DNA of 64,000 bases from Candidatus Nomurabacteria bacterium (GTDB taxonomy: Bacteria > Patescibacteriota > Dojkabacteria > SC72 > JAHDCA01). Where the stretch lies: the NCBI GenBank assembly GCA_020632395.1, contig JACKFQ010000001.1, positions 34,864 through 98,863 of the forward strand. The letters are read 5' to 3'. The notes beneath the pieces are model-generated. The model worked only from the letters and a program-made list of their open reading frames with translations, had not been told where the DNA came from and did not search any database. Shown here piece by piece: positions 28,978-38,849 of this stretch (its first letter is position 1; each line of letters begins with the position of its first letter). Position numbers and translations under genes: made by a program.

Positions 28978-29913
28978 ATGTCTGATCAAGGTACACCACC
29001 GACACAGAGCCCTAATCGTCAAGATTATCTAACTGAAGCACGCAAAGCATACATTAATGATCCGACAATTCACGGACGCATTGAGGACATTAGAAAGCTT
29101 TTAGGAGTAATGTACCCTAACTACCCCAGTAGACCTAATCAGCAACGTTCTTTATCAGATGAATTAGGTCTTAAAGAAGATAGCAGACAGGAAGACGGTA
29201 AAACACCTCAAACATTGAATGATTTAGCAGCTGGTTTGCTAGCTAGCATTACAGAATCAACCGTAGATTATGGTCAACTAAGATATTGGTTAACTGACGA
29301 GGACAACGATCCTCCCGGCGATGATGCGAAGACTGGTGACGGTATTGAAAGTTATTATATGCCACATCAAAGTTATGTGGACAATATAAATTGGAAACTA
29401 CAAAGAGGGGGGGCTACTTCACGGTATCCTTTCATATTACCTGGAATCGAACAGATTTTGAAAGAGTACAAACGCGCAATCGATTATCGAGTAAATGGTC
29501 TTAGTCATATTCCACCGTCTTTGGAAACATTCCCAATGAAATTAACGGATCTATTCAACGATGTTCCGACTGTAGGATTGTGTTTGAGAGTAATTTATCA
29601 TCATATGTTTACAAGCATTGACATGAATTTTGCGGTGCCTTTTGAATTCGAGGATGAAAATGGACAGCTAAAATTGCAAAAACAACAAATGACATCATAC
29701 GTGGCATGTGTTTTGGCATCTATCATGCTTTTTCGGAATGTGATTAATATAGATGAATATCCTGGAAGCGAACGATCCAAAAAAGCAGAAAAGTACCTTT
29801 TTCAGTTTTTGCTAGAATGTGATGGATACTACGGAGATAAACTAAGAGAAGCATTGTTGATAAAATATCTATCTCGGCCTAAGCCGACTACTCTCCCCAC
29901 AGCCCAGACGTAG
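28978..29913 (+). CDS. Hypothetical soluble protein (first gene of the low-GC block)
   Basis: 311-aa ORF with no recognised motif. Confidence 0.5.
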   Translation: MSDQGTPPTQSPNRQDYLTEARKAYINDPTIHGRIEDIRKLLGVMYPNYPSRPNQQRSLSDELGLKEDSRQEDGKTPQTLNDLAAGLLASITESTVDYGQLRYWLTDEDNDPPGDDAKTGDGIESYYMPHQSYVDNINWKLQRGGATSRYPFILPGIEQILKEYKRAIDYRVNGLSHIPPSLETFPMKLTDLFNDVPTVGLCLRVIYHHMFTSIDMNFAVPFEFEDENGQLKLQKQQMTSYVACVLASIMLFRNVINIDEYPGSERSKKAEKYLFQFLLECDGYYGDKLREALLIKYLSRPKPTTLPTAQT

Positions 29914-29955
29914 CAGGCAACTGAATCTGCATATTCAAATAGGGTATAATATACG

Positions 29956-30504
29956 ATGGAAAACTTCCTCTTACAAATATCAGGTTTGGTTGCAGTAATA
30001 ATTGCATGGGTGTTTGTAGTTACTCCTGCTATATGTTCAGGTATTGATCCTAAACGACAGACGATCACAAATGCTACTAAAAAGAGCAAACGGGTATCAT
30101 TCATAATATCATTTGGTCTTGTATTCAGTGCAATTTTCCAGTCAATATTTGCATTATACCTGATCGATAGATTCGATCTTTCTTTCAGCAATATCGGCAT
30201 TCTTGTATATCTGTCAACAAATATCGCTACTATGTTTCTTGCCTTTTTCCATATCGAACGTCATCCCAAACTCCACATATTTTTCGCTATCTATTACTTT
30301 ATTGTTTCTCCGATATCTTATGGTTTGATCGGTTCTTCGATATCAGGATCAAGCAATCACCTATTCGAACTTTCTATCCTGATGATACTTTTATACGGTT
30401 TTGGAGAATTAGTCTTGCTCTACAAATACCGGGGTGGCGCCTTAGCTGAGATATGGCCGATCTTATTACTGTCGATATGGACAATGGTGTTTACTATCGC
30501 CTAG
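29956..30504 (+). CDS. Hypothetical small membrane protein (about 5 TM)
   Basis: 182-aa hydrophobic ORF. Confidence 0.5.
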   Translation: MENFLLQISGLVAVIIAWVFVVTPAICSGIDPKRQTITNATKKSKRVSFIISFGLVFSAIFQSIFALYLIDRFDLSFSNIGILVYLSTNIATMFLAFFHIERHPKLHIFFAIYYFIVSPISYGLIGSSISGSSNHLFELSILMILLYGFGELVLLYKYRGGALAEIWPILLLSIWTMVFTIA

Positions 30505-30682
30505 ATCGATCATGGTATTTAGGGTGGGGTTTTTGATTAGGTTCTAGAGGAGATCCACAGTAAAGCTACTCCCCGTATCTGAAATATTCCTGTATCTGAT
30601 ATTTAGCTTTGAGATAGATCTATGTAAGATATGCAATTTGTTATATTTAAATAACAAATGTAAATTGAAACATAAATAGTAT

Positions 30683-31198
30683 ATGAGTGCTTTCTATAAA
30701 GGAATTGTATATAAAATCGGAAATTCGTTCCAAATTGTATATCCGATGAAAGGTATTGAAAGTTTTCTCAAACGAGGAAGCAATGAGATCGAAAATCATT
30801 TGACAAAATTAATTGTAAATAGCGAAGGATTTTATGACTCTTTGTTCCAAATAATTATTTTATGGAGTGATGGCAAAGATATAATGACTGATATTTGGTT
30901 GTACAAAGGTATTGAATCTGAAGATACAGGATATACAATCGATTGCAGAACATATCGAGATTTTAGTGAAGTTCATGAGGCTGGTATATCAGCGTCTGAC
31001 GGGATTGTTCTAATTGGAAAGGAAACGGAGCTAGCCGAAGATTATCGGAAAGAAAAAAATCTATTGAAGATTATATACATGGAAATAGGCCTAATATTGG
31101 AAATATCGATGTATTTTAAAAAACTCGCCAGATCGGACGATTTTCGCACGATTGATTGGGTGAAGGTGTTGAAGTATCCTGAGTTTGTAGATTCGTGA
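30683..31198 (+). CDS. Hypothetical protein
   Basis: 171-aa ORF in a very AT-rich context with no recognised motif. Confidence 0.4.
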   Translation: MSAFYKGIVYKIGNSFQIVYPMKGIESFLKRGSNEIENHLTKLIVNSEGFYDSLFQIIILWSDGKDIMTDIWLYKGIESEDTGYTIDCRTYRDFSEVHEAGISASDGIVLIGKETELAEDYRKEKNLLKIIYMEIGLILEISMYFKKLARSDDFRTIDWVKVLKYPEFVDS

Positions 31199-31603
31199 AT
31201 AACTGAATTTGTACCCCCTGAATTCTATATGTTCATACACATGTGGATTCTCTAGGTTTGTAGCCTTACTACGTTTGAACCTATGTTAGTGTCTATGATA
31301 TGAGTTGTAATTTTAAAGCTTCTGCATGGTGGATTGTCTAGTACTTTTCTGATAACAGCTGAAAGCAGTCTATGTCTATGAAAGTATTGGTTTGTAAGGT
31401 CTTGAGACAACAATCTTCCATATAGATTGGATGTATTATTAAACTCTATAAAATTGTAATAAACTGCTCTTCATTCGGAAATGATACAATAAAACTACAT
31501 AACTATTGAAAGATGTGTGTATTGTAGACATCGGGTGGATAGACGGAGATTTCTAGCGGCAATAATATTTCCAGGATAATATCTATATGTTAGAATTTTA
31601 AAT

Positions 31604-32533
31604 ATGAAAGACAGTGACATACATGTGATAAATGACCCTCCAAAAATGTCCGCAAATGAGGCAGAAGATAAACCCGCAGATAATACCAGCTCTGCAAAGA
31701 TAAAAACACAGCCTACCTCAAAAGGTCAAACCAGAGAGGTTAAACATCGTAAGTTTATTAACATATCCTTACTTGCCACATTCTTCTTACTCAGTATATT
31801 GGTAATGGTTGTCATCGGTTACTACGGATTTAGATACTATAATTATGTAATAGATGAAAACTCACAATCATCGGCCAAACAGCAAGAATTACCCGAGCCA
31901 GCGTCTGAGAACGAACAACTGATAGAGTCTGATCCAGAATCTAAGCCTGATCCGGCCCCACTAGAGCCAGTTCCTCATGATCCCGATATTAGATTGGGTA
32001 CATATTGCATGCTAGGGCTGTATCCAAATCAACAGATCGAATTTTATGGGTCAGATGATAAGTATCTCCTCATAGACAGTTGGAATGTAAATGATGGGGA
32101 AGAGAAAGAAATCTCATATACACTTTTTGATGGCAAGAACTACTATTTTTGGAATGAGGGTATATCATCACCATATTTTGATTATTCCGATTCAGCAATG
32201 ACTTACACGATTGAAGAGGCAAAGGATGATGGTTTAGATTATAGCTATCAACTTAAGGAAGTAGAAAAGCATCCAGAATCATGTTCGGACAAGGAATTTG
32301 ATTTCTATCTTTTAACCCCTCCAACAAATATTGAATTCAACACAACCCAGATGTTGACAGATCAATATATTGAAGAAAGTGAAAAAAGCGTTGAAAGGCT
32401 ATGTACTGTATGTCTAGAAGAGTTTTCAAGTAAGGAAGATCAGTTAGAATGTTTCAAGATCAGCAATATCTTCTTTCAGCAGCCAGATGATGTCGTTGAA
32501 GAGAATTTCGATCATTACTGCTTAGATCAATAA
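31604..32533 (+). CDS. Single-pass membrane protein with an acidic, Cys-containing extracytoplasmic domain
   Basis: TM at about residues 60-85; C-terminal CTVCLEEF...ECF...HYC. Confidence 0.5.
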   Translation: MKDSDIHVINDPPKMSANEAEDKPADNTSSAKIKTQPTSKGQTREVKHRKFINISLLATFFLLSILVMVVIGYYGFRYYNYVIDENSQSSAKQQELPEPASENEQLIESDPESKPDPAPLEPVPHDPDIRLGTYCMLGLYPNQQIEFYGSDDKYLLIDSWNVNDGEEKEISYTLFDGKNYYFWNEGISSPYFDYSDSAMTYTIEEAKDDGLDYSYQLKEVEKHPESCSDKEFDFYLLTPPTNIEFNTTQMLTDQYIEESEKSVERLCTVCLEEFSSKEDQLECFKISNIFFQQPDDVVEENFDHYCLDQ

Positions 32534-32824
32534 ATGAAAGCTTTGTTTATAGGAGATGGAGTGTTTCATCCCTAATGTTTCCTCACAGATTCCGAGACAA
32601 CAATTCTTACGATCAGGTATTACTGCTTGAGGTGTTTTATAAATTAAAGAACTGTTGTAGTTCTGAGACATTAAGTTGTCTTATTTGTATGTTTTGCATA
32701 GGTGATTATATATTACCAGAATAGGTTGAAAGAATGAAGAATAAAGCTTCCCATATATGACATATTCCTTAACCTGAAATTTAACTTTGAAGTTGATTAT
32801 TCCAAAATTACTAATCTATAAATT

Positions 32825-33559
32825 ATGCCGTATAGTATAAGTATGAAAGTTATACATACAATAGATAAAAATATTGACATTAAAATGGTCTACACAATGC
32901 TTAAATCCAATGACCCATCTGGAAACTGGAATAGAGCAAGTAGTATGGGAATAGAAAGAGGGTTGTTTGATTTAATAACTAAAAGTGAAAGTTTTAGAGA
33001 TGTAAAATATATATTATCAAATCTTTATGATGAGAAATATCTCAGAGATAAAAAGTTACTTTTTTCAATGAAGAAAGAATTTCAAAATGGATGGAAGGAA
33101 ATTAACGATATTTTTGAAAAAGAAACTGAAAATGTCGTTGGGAAAGATTGGAAGTATAAAGAATATAAAGTAATTGTGTCTTTGTTTCATCCTGGAGTAA
33201 GTAATATGCTAGGAGATATTGTTTATCTTTGGATTTATGATGACTTAGATGTTCATCTAAGAATAACTGCTCATGAACTTCTTATGACACATATTTGGCA
33301 ATATCTCTTTAAGAGATTTTCAGAAAAAGAGATATATAGTAATTGGAATAAATATTGGTCTATAAACGAAATAACAACGACGTACATTTTGGGTATTGAA
33401 CCTAAATTAAATTCTTTGTGGTCTGAAAGAATGAAAGGTTATGAAAACTTTTTACAAAATTACCCACAATTAAAAGAAAGTAGAGATACACTAGTTGAGA
33501 AATATAAGAATAGGGAAACATTTGATGAATTTGTTGATTATGCTTTGACCTTGTTTTAA
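32825..33559 (+). CDS. Hypothetical K/N/Y-rich protein abutting the tRNA-Asn 3' end
   Basis: 244-aa ORF of very low GC. Stop lies 4 bp from the tRNA 3' end on the opposite strand. Confidence 0.5.
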   Translation: MPYSISMKVIHTIDKNIDIKMVYTMLKSNDPSGNWNRASSMGIERGLFDLITKSESFRDVKYILSNLYDEKYLRDKKLLFSMKKEFQNGWKEINDIFEKETENVVGKDWKYKEYKVIVSLFHPGVSNMLGDIVYLWIYDDLDVHLRITAHELLMTHIWQYLFKRFSEKEIYSNWNKYWSINEITTTYILGIEPKLNSLWSERMKGYENFLQNYPQLKESRDTLVEKYKNRETFDEFVDYALTLF

Positions 33560-33562
33560 ATG

Positions 33563-33634
33563 CTCCGCGGGCAGGACTCGAACCTGCAACCCGCTGGTTA
33601 ACAGCCAGCTGCTCTACCATTGAGCTACCGCGGA
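33563..33634 (-). tRNA. tRNA-Asn (anticodon GUU)
   Basis: Manual cloverleaf on the minus strand: acceptor UCCGCGG/CCGCGGA, D arm AGCUCAAUGGUAGAGC, anticodon stem GCUGG/CCAGC with loop CUGUUAA, T arm GCAGG-UUCGAGU-CCUGC. CCA not encoded. Confidence 0.85.
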
Positions 33635-33860
33635 ATGACTCTCTGATTTAAATCTCTGTAGAGAACACTTAAGTATTATACTGGTGGCAAACAGTATTCG
33701 CAACTATAAATCATATGACGACAACATAGTACAAACAATGGTTTTGGATCATCAGTATACTAACTACAAGAGCTGTTTTTACAGTGATGAAAACCAACGG
33801 CAATGATTTTCGTTATTGGTCTGTAGATCGACTTCATCAGATCTATTCTGATCGACCCGT

Positions 33861-34526
33861 TCAGTATCTTTCCGCAGAATACTCTGGTCTGAGCAGATTT
33901 ATATCAATATATGCCTTATAAGATGCAAATAGCTCCCTGATAGTGAAAAACCACCTCATATTTGAAACTTCTTCTGAACCATATAACCCCGTGACTTCCA
34001 TACCAGCGTTCTGACATAGATATATACTTCTTGGCAGGTGATATTTTGAGGTGATCAGTATGGCTTCATTCAGATCATAGATCCCTTTACTTCTCATGCA
34101 ACTGTCATAGGTTCTATAACCAAATCCATCTAGGAGTATCGAATCAGTAGGTACTTGATACTGATCTATAAGGTAGTTACTCATGACGTCAACCTCGTTA
34201 TGATCTACGTCGTTGTTTCCTGATAGAAGTATCGTGGAAATTATACCTCGTTGGTATGCTTCTCCTGCAGTATCGAGTCGTTCTTTTAATATCGGATGGG
34301 GCGTTCCATCTTCTAATACTCCTGCACCAAGCACTATTGCTGTATTTGGTAATTCGATATCCATACTGATAGTATCTACTGGGTGGATCAAAGACCTGCT
34401 ATTGAAATTAAACGAAAAAAAAGGTGTGATCAGTAGAATTATCGCGAACCCAAAAAACAATAGATATCTACCAAGATGGTGTTTGTGCACTAAAGTATGG
34501 TTTTTTTTGCTAAAGGATCTATTCAA
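33861..34526 (-). CDS. SanA/YdcF (DUF218) family membrane-anchored protein
   Basis: N-terminal TM; IVLGAGVLEDGTPHPILKERLDTAGEAY matches the DUF218 core. Confidence 0.7.
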   Translation of the reverse strand: MNRSFSKKNHTLVHKHHLGRYLLFFGFAIILLITPFFSFNFNSRSLIHPVDTISMDIELPNTAIVLGAGVLEDGTPHPILKERLDTAGEAYQRGIISTILLSGNNDVDHNEVDVMSNYLIDQYQVPTDSILLDGFGYRTYDSCMRSKGIYDLNEAILITSKYHLPRSIYLCQNAGMEVTGLYGSEEVSNMRWFFTIRELFASYKAYIDINLLRPEYSAERY

Positions 34527-34691
34527 TATATTACGACAATTATTTGAAGATCATCAATTACTTCAATTTGATCTTACTATGCAGTAGAATATCATGTTAG
34601 CAGGTCTCAGTTCGAGGGTTTTGTCTAGTTTCGAGAATGAGTCCCCTGTTTCGGTATATTTTTAATGTAATCTTTTTGATCAAAATAATAA

Positions 34692-35243
34692 ATGAACAAA
34701 CTAATGAATAAGATCGTAATATTTGCAGTAATGATAATCGTTGCTTCCTCAAGCTATGTATATTCGCAAGATGCTGGTGGAGGCGAGAATATCGCACGTC
34801 CTCTTGATGAGGTTGCCCAACCGGCAGATACTGATTCAAAACCTGTGATATATGTACATGAGGATTGCCCTCATTGTCAGGATGTAGAAGATTTTGTCGC
34901 AGCAAATGATCTTGGGGATATGGTCCAATACATGCAACTGAAGGATAATGAAGATAATCTCACAAAGTTGACAGATCTATGGGCAGAATACAATGTACCC
35001 GGTGATGGACCTGCTTGGCCTATAATGTTCTATGTAGACTCCGAAGGTGTCAGTACCTACTCCCTAGGTAGTGATCCAATAATTGAGGTCCTAGCTGAGA
35101 AATTCAATATAGATATTCCTGATGAAGTTGTCACACCAGATCAGAACTCTAACAGTACGCTTATGATCTTTGGAGGTTTGATACTTGCAGCGATCTTTGG
35201 GTTCGGAATTGTTAATATTGCAACTGGTAAAAAGTCTAAGTGA
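34692..35243 (+). CDS. Secreted thioredoxin-fold thiol-disulfide oxidoreductase-like protein with C-terminal TM anchor
   Basis: Signal peptide; CPHC (CxxC) motif; hydrophobic C-terminal helix. Confidence 0.6.
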   Translation: MNKLMNKIVIFAVMIIVASSSYVYSQDAGGGENIARPLDEVAQPADTDSKPVIYVHEDCPHCQDVEDFVAANDLGDMVQYMQLKDNEDNLTKLTDLWAEYNVPGDGPAWPIMFYVDSEGVSTYSLGSDPIIEVLAEKFNIDIPDEVVTPDQNSNSTLMIFGGLILAAIFGFGIVNIATGKKSK

Positions 35244-36058
35244 AGAACGTTTCTACGTCAGAAACAAGGTTTCCAATAGGGGCAGGTGTGCACTATCCTG
35301 TTTCTGGATCGGAGCTGATCGAAAAGGTCGATGACCTCAAAGGATCGATCGATGTCAAGGTCATAGGCCGTATCAGAGCAATGTTTGTACCATCAATATC
35401 CTATGAGTATTCATTGAAGTTACTTCTGTGTGCGTATCTACCAACAGCAAAACATATCGTTGATGAAGCTATCATATTTGCTGATCCTATCATGCATAGA
35501 TCGCACAATGTGGCGTTGCACCCCGCTAGATTTTGGGAATCCCCCCTCGGTAAGATCGAAGTATCTCATCGGGTGGCTCAACTGACTTCCAGTGATGACC
35601 ACTCTGTAGATCTTATCCGATCTGATATCCAACCACATGAAGGTGAGGTTTCTATAGAATTACAAATCCCCCTTTTACAATATCTCTGGGATCAAAGTAT
35701 TCGGATATTACCTTTTATGGTGGGTGATTGTAGCCCTAGGCTACTTTTTGAACAGATAGGTTATAAGATACAGCAAGACGATCTGATAATTGTAGCTTCG
35801 ACGCTTTCTCGCGGTTTACCAGCTGATTATGCTTCTGATATTGATAAGAGTACTTTACAGAGAATACTTGATCTGGATGTTAAGTATTTTGAAACAAATC
35901 CCAATGTCGTATCCTCACCCAATTCATTGTCGTTTCTCCTGGAGTACGCAATAAGAACTGACCTCAAGGCCGTTGTTGTCGGTACTGATTGTGTCAAAAC
36001 GTCCTTTGATCGAGATCGTACAACCGGCCTAGCATCAATTCTATTTGTAGAAAAATAA
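35240..36058 (+). CDS. MEMO1-family (AmmeMemoRadiSam system protein B-like) protein
   Basis: RFPIGAGVHYPVSG (cf. RxPxxAGxFYP). The usual vPHAGY is replaced by VPSISYEY, so possibly a non-canonical member. Confidence 0.55.
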   Translation: MKNVSTSETRFPIGAGVHYPVSGSELIEKVDDLKGSIDVKVIGRIRAMFVPSISYEYSLKLLLCAYLPTAKHIVDEAIIFADPIMHRSHNVALHPARFWESPLGKIEVSHRVAQLTSSDDHSVDLIRSDIQPHEGEVSIELQIPLLQYLWDQSIRILPFMVGDCSPRLLFEQIGYKIQQDDLIIVASTLSRGLPADYASDIDKSTLQRILDLDVKYFETNPNVVSSPNSLSFLLEYAIRTDLKAVVVGTDCVKTSFDRDRTTGLASILFVEK

Positions 36059-36059
36059 A

Positions 36060-36971
36060 ATGATCCGCTCGGTTATTATCTCAACACCAGATCTGAATGA
36101 TCTAGTTGGGTGTGGTGTCTGTCCAAAGGAGTGCAGATTGATAGATGGTGCTATATGTCGTTCAGGAGTCCGCAGAAGAGTAGGTGATAGGGTAGTACAG
36201 CTCAATTACGGTATGTTGTTAAATCTCAGAAAAGGCACGTTACCTATGGGATTCCGAGAAGATGAAGAGGGCCTTTTTGTGTCAATGATAGGAGGCAATC
36301 ATAAGTTGGCATTTGATCCTGACTGGGGATTGTCACAATTCTATCAAGAGAGGTCTCGAGAGATAGGAAAATTTGAGGCTATGAGGTCAGTAGAAACATC
36401 TGGTGATCATTATGCACCAGCAGAACTAGTAGAGTATTCACAGAAGCATGATCTCGAAAAGATCTTTTTTTTTAATGGTGAGCCGGCGGTTAATCTTGAT
36501 TACATCCTTGAATTATCTAGGGTTGCAAGGAGAGCGGGTATCGAAGTGTATATAAAGAGTAGGGGAACTATACCCGAACAGTATTGGTATGCCCTTACTT
36601 CTGACTTATCAGGAGTATCTCTACACCTTGATTCTCTGGACAATTCGTACAATCAGAAGTATTTCAATATTATAACGGATCATATCCTAGAACTGCTTAA
36701 ATATTTATCAAAGCCTCATAAACTTCGTTCAATATATACAACAATCATCCCAGATGTGAATGACAGAGCACGCTCTCTAGATAGGATGGTAGACATTTTC
36801 AACCATGAGATCGATCAAAATGTTGATTGGATAGTGCGATCATTCACTCCGGATCATAAGATGTGGGATCGTAGATCGATCCCGGATGAGGATCTATCAG
36901 AGATCATTAATTATCTAACAAAAATATGCAGGATGAATATAATAGCTGATACTGGTAAAATAGATAGATAA
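36060..36971 (+). CDS. Radical-SAM-like protein with a non-canonical Cys motif
   Basis: FFFNGEPAV...YIKSRG resembles the GGEP / TNG elements of PFL-AE-like radical SAM enzymes, but CX3CX2C is absent. An N-terminal CGVCPKEC-x7-C cluster is present instead. Confidence 0.4.
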   Translation: MIRSVIISTPDLNDLVGCGVCPKECRLIDGAICRSGVRRRVGDRVVQLNYGMLLNLRKGTLPMGFREDEEGLFVSMIGGNHKLAFDPDWGLSQFYQERSREIGKFEAMRSVETSGDHYAPAELVEYSQKHDLEKIFFFNGEPAVNLDYILELSRVARRAGIEVYIKSRGTIPEQYWYALTSDLSGVSLHLDSLDNSYNQKYFNIITDHILELLKYLSKPHKLRSIYTTIIPDVNDRARSLDRMVDIFNHEIDQNVDWIVRSFTPDHKMWDRRSIPDEDLSEIINYLTKICRMNIIADTGKIDR

Positions 36972-36988
36972 GTTAATTCTGGAGATCT

Positions 36989-37573
36989 ATGGAAGAAAAG
37001 TTCAAGATCACATTTTCGGGTATGGATGCAACAGAGCCATTAAGACGGTATGCATTAGAAAAATTCACAAAACACCAGCATCTGGTCGATCATATAATTA
37101 ACGCAGATGTTGTGATGACTCAGCATGTAACACATCGCGGAGTTTCAAAGGATTTCGAGATCACGATCAATGTTGCAGTCCCTAAAGGTATGATCCATGT
37201 ACAAGAAAGAGGTGAAGATATGTATGCTCTTATAGACACATCATCTGATATCCTTTCCCGAAGGTTGAAAAGATATCATGAGAAATTAAGCCAGTGGGAA
37301 GGAGAAAGACCTTGGAAGACCATAGAGCTACAAAAAGAAGAAGATTATCAGACTGAGGGTGATGTCTCAAATTACGCAGATTACGTTCCAACTATAGTTG
37401 AAAGGAAAACTATGGAGTATATGTCTCCAATGGCTGAAGCAGAAGCGATCGAAAGAATGGAGTTAAGTGATCGCGACCAGATCCTTTTTAAGAACATTGC
37501 ATCAGGTAAATACTGCATGATCTATAAACGCAGAAGGGGAGGTTATGCGATAGTTGAACCCGAAGATCAGTAA
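36989..37573 (+). CDS. hpf: Ribosome hibernation promoting factor, long form
   Basis: RaiA/HPF N-domain (FKITFSGMDATEPLRRYALEKF...DMYALIDTSSDILSRRLKRY) plus a C-terminal dimerisation domain. Confidence 0.85.
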   Translation: MEEKFKITFSGMDATEPLRRYALEKFTKHQHLVDHIINADVVMTQHVTHRGVSKDFEITINVAVPKGMIHVQERGEDMYALIDTSSDILSRRLKRYHEKLSQWEGERPWKTIELQKEEDYQTEGDVSNYADYVPTIVERKTMEYMSPMAEAEAIERMELSDRDQILFKNIASGKYCMIYKRRRGGYAIVEPEDQ

Positions 37574-37830
37574 TTCTCGATCAAGCTGGACCTATCGAAG
37601 TACTTGAAAGAATATGACACACTTCAAAATATGTTGTCAGTCCAATCGGAAGTAATTGTTCTGATAACATTTCCCAAATGCCGGAGAGTAGTCTATTTTA
37701 GTGAGGTTACCAAAAGTAGCGGAAATTCACAAAGAGCAGAAGCACAACTATTGTAAAAGTTGAAAAGATCTTTAGATCAGAAAAGAGCCGAAGCTGAGAA
37801 GAGCAGAAGCTGAAAAGAGCCGAAGTTGAA

Positions 37831-37858
37831 AAGAGCCCCTTGCGGGGCTCTTCTTTTA
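37831..37858. terminator. Bidirectional rho-independent terminator (GAGCCCC-UUGC-GGGGCUC + U-tract), preceded by 16-18-nt imperfect tandem repeats
   Basis: Perfect 7-bp GC-rich stem, T-run downstream and A-run upstream, between convergent hpf and 37878-38789. Confidence 0.7.
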
Positions 37859-37877
37859 ATTCATAGCAATTTGGTTA

Positions 37878-38789
37878 CTACTTCGTATCCAATCTGCTAT
37901 TCATATCTGAAAGCAGATCTCGTGTGATCTGTAGAATTCCGTAAGAAGGCCTATCAGTAGTGTTGTTTTGTAGTGTCGCTTCTTCTCTTAATCCGTTCAG
38001 CCAAGCACCTGAAAGCTCGTTGAACTTCTGTTTGGTGTATGCTTCTGCAACAGTATCCTTCACATCTTCATAAACTGCATCTTCACCGAAATAGGTATCC
38101 TTGAATTCTTCAAAAAAGGCTAGCAGATCTTCTTCAGTTGGTTCAGGTACAACCATAGCTTCAGCTAAAAGTTGGATCTTTAAGTTCCTTCTATATGTTT
38201 CCAGGGTCAGACCATTTGCTTCAAGTGCGGCATTTAGTTCCTCCTCACCGCCAACCTCTTCTTTTGTCTGAGCTACTGCGGTATCGACATCTTCATCGGA
38301 AACAGTGACATCCTCTTTCACAGCTTCCTGCTTGATCAACTCCTCATTCATCATCTGTGTAGCGATAACATTTCCATAAGCATCCTCGAGTCTGACAAGA
38401 TACTCACTCCTAGGGATGCGAGATCCATTCACTATAGCAATACTGTAATCGTTATTGATGTACTGGACAACAAAATCTATGACGATCAGTGTCGCAATAA
38501 CTACTAGAACCCAAGTGACAAATTTCAACATCCTTGGTTTGATAGAGATCGTTCCGGGCTTTTTAGCTTTGGTTTCAGCTTCGGATACTGGTGTGATTTT
38601 TTTGACAACCTTAGCAGGAGTGCTCTCTTTAACTTTCGAAACTTTTTCAGATCGAGAAACAGTATCTGAATTTTTTGCTCTATCAGAAGCAACAACCTTC
38701 TTTGATCGCTCTTCTGACCTCTTCTTTGACTGGGCTTTTTTATTTGATCTTGCCATTAAAAAATACTCAATAAAATTATGGCTGGTCAT
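37878..38789 (-). CDS. Membrane-anchored SurA-N/PpiD-like chaperone-domain protein with a Lys-rich N-terminal tail
   Basis: K/S/R-rich 90-aa N-terminus, one TM, then an acidic helical domain resembling the SurA N-terminal chaperone module. No PPIase motif seen. Confidence 0.45.
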   Translation of the reverse strand: MTSHNFIEYFLMARSNKKAQSKKRSEERSKKVVASDRAKNSDTVSRSEKVSKVKESTPAKVVKKITPVSEAETKAKKPGTISIKPRMLKFVTWVLVVIATLIVIDFVVQYINNDYSIAIVNGSRIPRSEYLVRLEDAYGNVIATQMMNEELIKQEAVKEDVTVSDEDVDTAVAQTKEEVGGEEELNAALEANGLTLETYRRNLKIQLLAEAMVVPEPTEEDLLAFFEEFKDTYFGEDAVYEDVKDTVAEAYTKQKFNELSGAWLNGLREEATLQNNTTDRPSYGILQITRDLLSDMNSRLDTK

Positions 38790-38849
38790 TAGTGTATCAG
38801 AATAGGAAGATAGAATAAAGTAATAGGATTAAGTCATCGGGTAGATAAT

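Noticed and set aside
33402-33620. 72-aa minus-strand ORF containing VAGSSPARG
   Set aside because: It is a translation through tRNA-Asn. The real gene 32825-33559 lies on the opposite strand.
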